Shown here piece after piece: positions 62,053 to 64,000 of a DNA stretch of 64,000 nt. The stretch is from Takakia lepidozioides. Lineage: Eukaryota > Plantae > Bryophyta. The notes beneath the pieces were generated by a model, which worked only from the letters and a program-made list of their open reading frames with translations, was not told the DNA's origin and ran no database searches. Both the position numbers and the translations under genes were made by a program. The first letter of the stretch is position 1; each line of letters begins with the position of its first letter. Where the stretch lies: the NCBI GenBank assembly GCA_030704615.1, contig CM060731.1:3596001-3660000 (forward strand), written 5' to 3'.

Positions 62053-64000
62053 ATGCATCTGGTTACAGGGCGGTGTCCCTTTCATCAGCCTCCATGGCAT
62101 GTCATGAGAGGTTACTTTTTCCTCTGAAAATAAAATTAGGTCTCTCCAGGACCTACCAAAAAAAAAAAAAAAAATCACCCCTATACCGTGGATCGTGTTC
62201 ACGCGGCGATTTTTTTGTGCTCATGGCCCTACCAATCCCCAATCAACGTCAACTTAGACGCCATGTCATTCTTAACTTTGTTGGTCTTGGTGTAAAGCCA
62301 ATATGACCAAGAAAATGCCCTCAAGCAATATGATCCTTGCATTTTGCATTAGGCAACGGCCATTGGGAGCCACGTTACATGAGATAATCTGCCGCAGAGC
62401 CAGCGAGCTCTGCTGCACATCCGTCTGAAGAACGTCACAGGTTTCCTCGATGAGAGTTGGAGTGATATGCTAAGCTTATTCCAAGGAATTCGGAGAGTGT
62501 GGCTCGATGGGTTGAAGCCCCTCAGAAGAAGAAACGTCGCAACGGTCCAACAACAAGGCTTTAGTCCACACACGGTTGCCAACCATGGGTCTCGGGATGA
62601 ATTGCTTGACGAGTGCGAGGTCAAACCCTTGGAGTGTCCACCCCTTAACTGCATCAGATCGCTTCGAGTTCGCGTCTCTTGGCATCCGTGACCATTTGGA
62701 TCCCGTCATTCCTCCGCCAGACATGACCACTTGAATCTCGTGCTCTCTCAAATCTTTTGGTGACTTTTTGGGTTGCAGAGTGATCCCAATTTGAGGCTTG
62801 CTTTCTTGTTGCTTGCTTTGATCTTCATATTGAATTCGGTTCTAGATCTTTCCAAGTCTTGTGTAATTGGTGTACCAAAAGTCATTCCCACATAACCCAA
62901 TTACGACGACGATGTTTCCAGCTTGGATTGTAGAGAGCCATATTGCCCTTCACTTGCATTCAATCCACTCGTCTCTCTTGTTTCGCAGTGTGTGATTGAC
63001 ATGAAAATGCCAGACGGTAGGCATATGATTATTTGGCCGTTTTGTGCTTCCTGCAAAACTTTGAGAGTTGTTCTCCAATAGAATAATTTCCAGCTTTACT
63101 CTCTTCCGTTCAAACCCTTGCTCAGAGGGTCGAAGAAGGGTCCGTAGACGCCAAGTGCATTCTGCCGGATGTGTCTCTTTTGAAGTGTTTCGTTTCTTCA
63201 TGGTTGCTTTTGTCGATGTGCAGCCACTCAGGATTCTCACTGAATTTTTAGGGTTTTATCTTGCTCAATCAGACTATATGTTCCAAATGGACCGGAGAAA
63301 TTGTGTTGTGTCTGCGATGGTTTGTGCAATATCTAAGGGACCAATTGCAGGTTCCTAGATATTCATTCCCCGGTTTCTCTTTTAGGAAGTTCCGACGTCT
63401 TCATTGTGACGTGTTGGCGCATGGTGAATGCTCCCATATGCTTCTAGCTCTGGCTCGCTTCCTTTGAGCCGATATGCAGGCTTTCCAAAGAATTAATAAG
63501 CAGTTTCAGATATGGGCAACTCTGACCTCTTCAATATACATTCCTCAGCCGAGAGTGATTGGCAGCAAGCATTGGGGGCATCGTTGTTTCCATCATCGTC
63601 TGCAAAGTGCGTTGCATTCTGCAAAGTAAGTAGGATCCTGCCCTGTATGCAAAACTGATTTAAAAAAAAATACTGGACCCACAAAAGTGGACTTCTAAAA
63701 AATTATAAGGGTCTAAACTGCTGGAGCTTGGATCTGCACTAGCAAAATTCTCATCAAAATCCCCTATTCATTTCTCTGTGTGACACGTTTGCTGAAGGAT
63801 TTGGTTTCATCATGTGGGACTCCAAACATGCTGCATGCCCATGACCAGACTGTAGGAATGATACAAGCAACCAATACCAATGACACAATCTCCATGTTTC
63901 CAAGGACTCCCCTTGTCTATTTCATCAAGCTCATGATCCAAACTACAGTCCTCCTGCATCTTCCCTTCATCTTCCCTTCCCTGTCCAGAGTAAATCACAT

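Noticed and set aside
62950-63240. Possible BED zinc finger (PTVWHFH..WIECK) of a hAT transposase
   Set aside because: The motif is incomplete and no downstream transposase is recognisable.

Overview
Intron-containing, TE-rich nuclear DNA of a land plant. It is most likely a non-seed plant (moss- or liverwort-like), inferred from the gene style and the abundance of PLS-E-DYW PPR genes. Ordinary genes: a PPR-E-DYW editing factor, an A1 aspartic protease, a plastid cupin_3 protein and an ESMERALDA1-type O-fucosyltransferase. There is also a small spliced peptide gene that the ORF track misses. Pseudogenes: a PIE1/SWR1 fragment and many PPR-DYW remnants. About 9.3-29 kb is a stack of nested transposons. 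Two observations stand out. (1) A Ty3/gypsy element whose Pol contains a C5 cytosine-methyltransferase domain between protease and RT (internally deleted in this copy) and ends in a PHD finger after the integrase. (2) At 51.5-61.1 kb, remnants of a gene in which an OSB-type 'PDF' ssDNA-binding motif is in frame with the N-terminus of a PLS-PPR(-E-DYW) protein, lying in an inverted, tandemly amplified PPR cluster. All calls were made by eye without database searches, and boundaries of degenerate elements are approximate.
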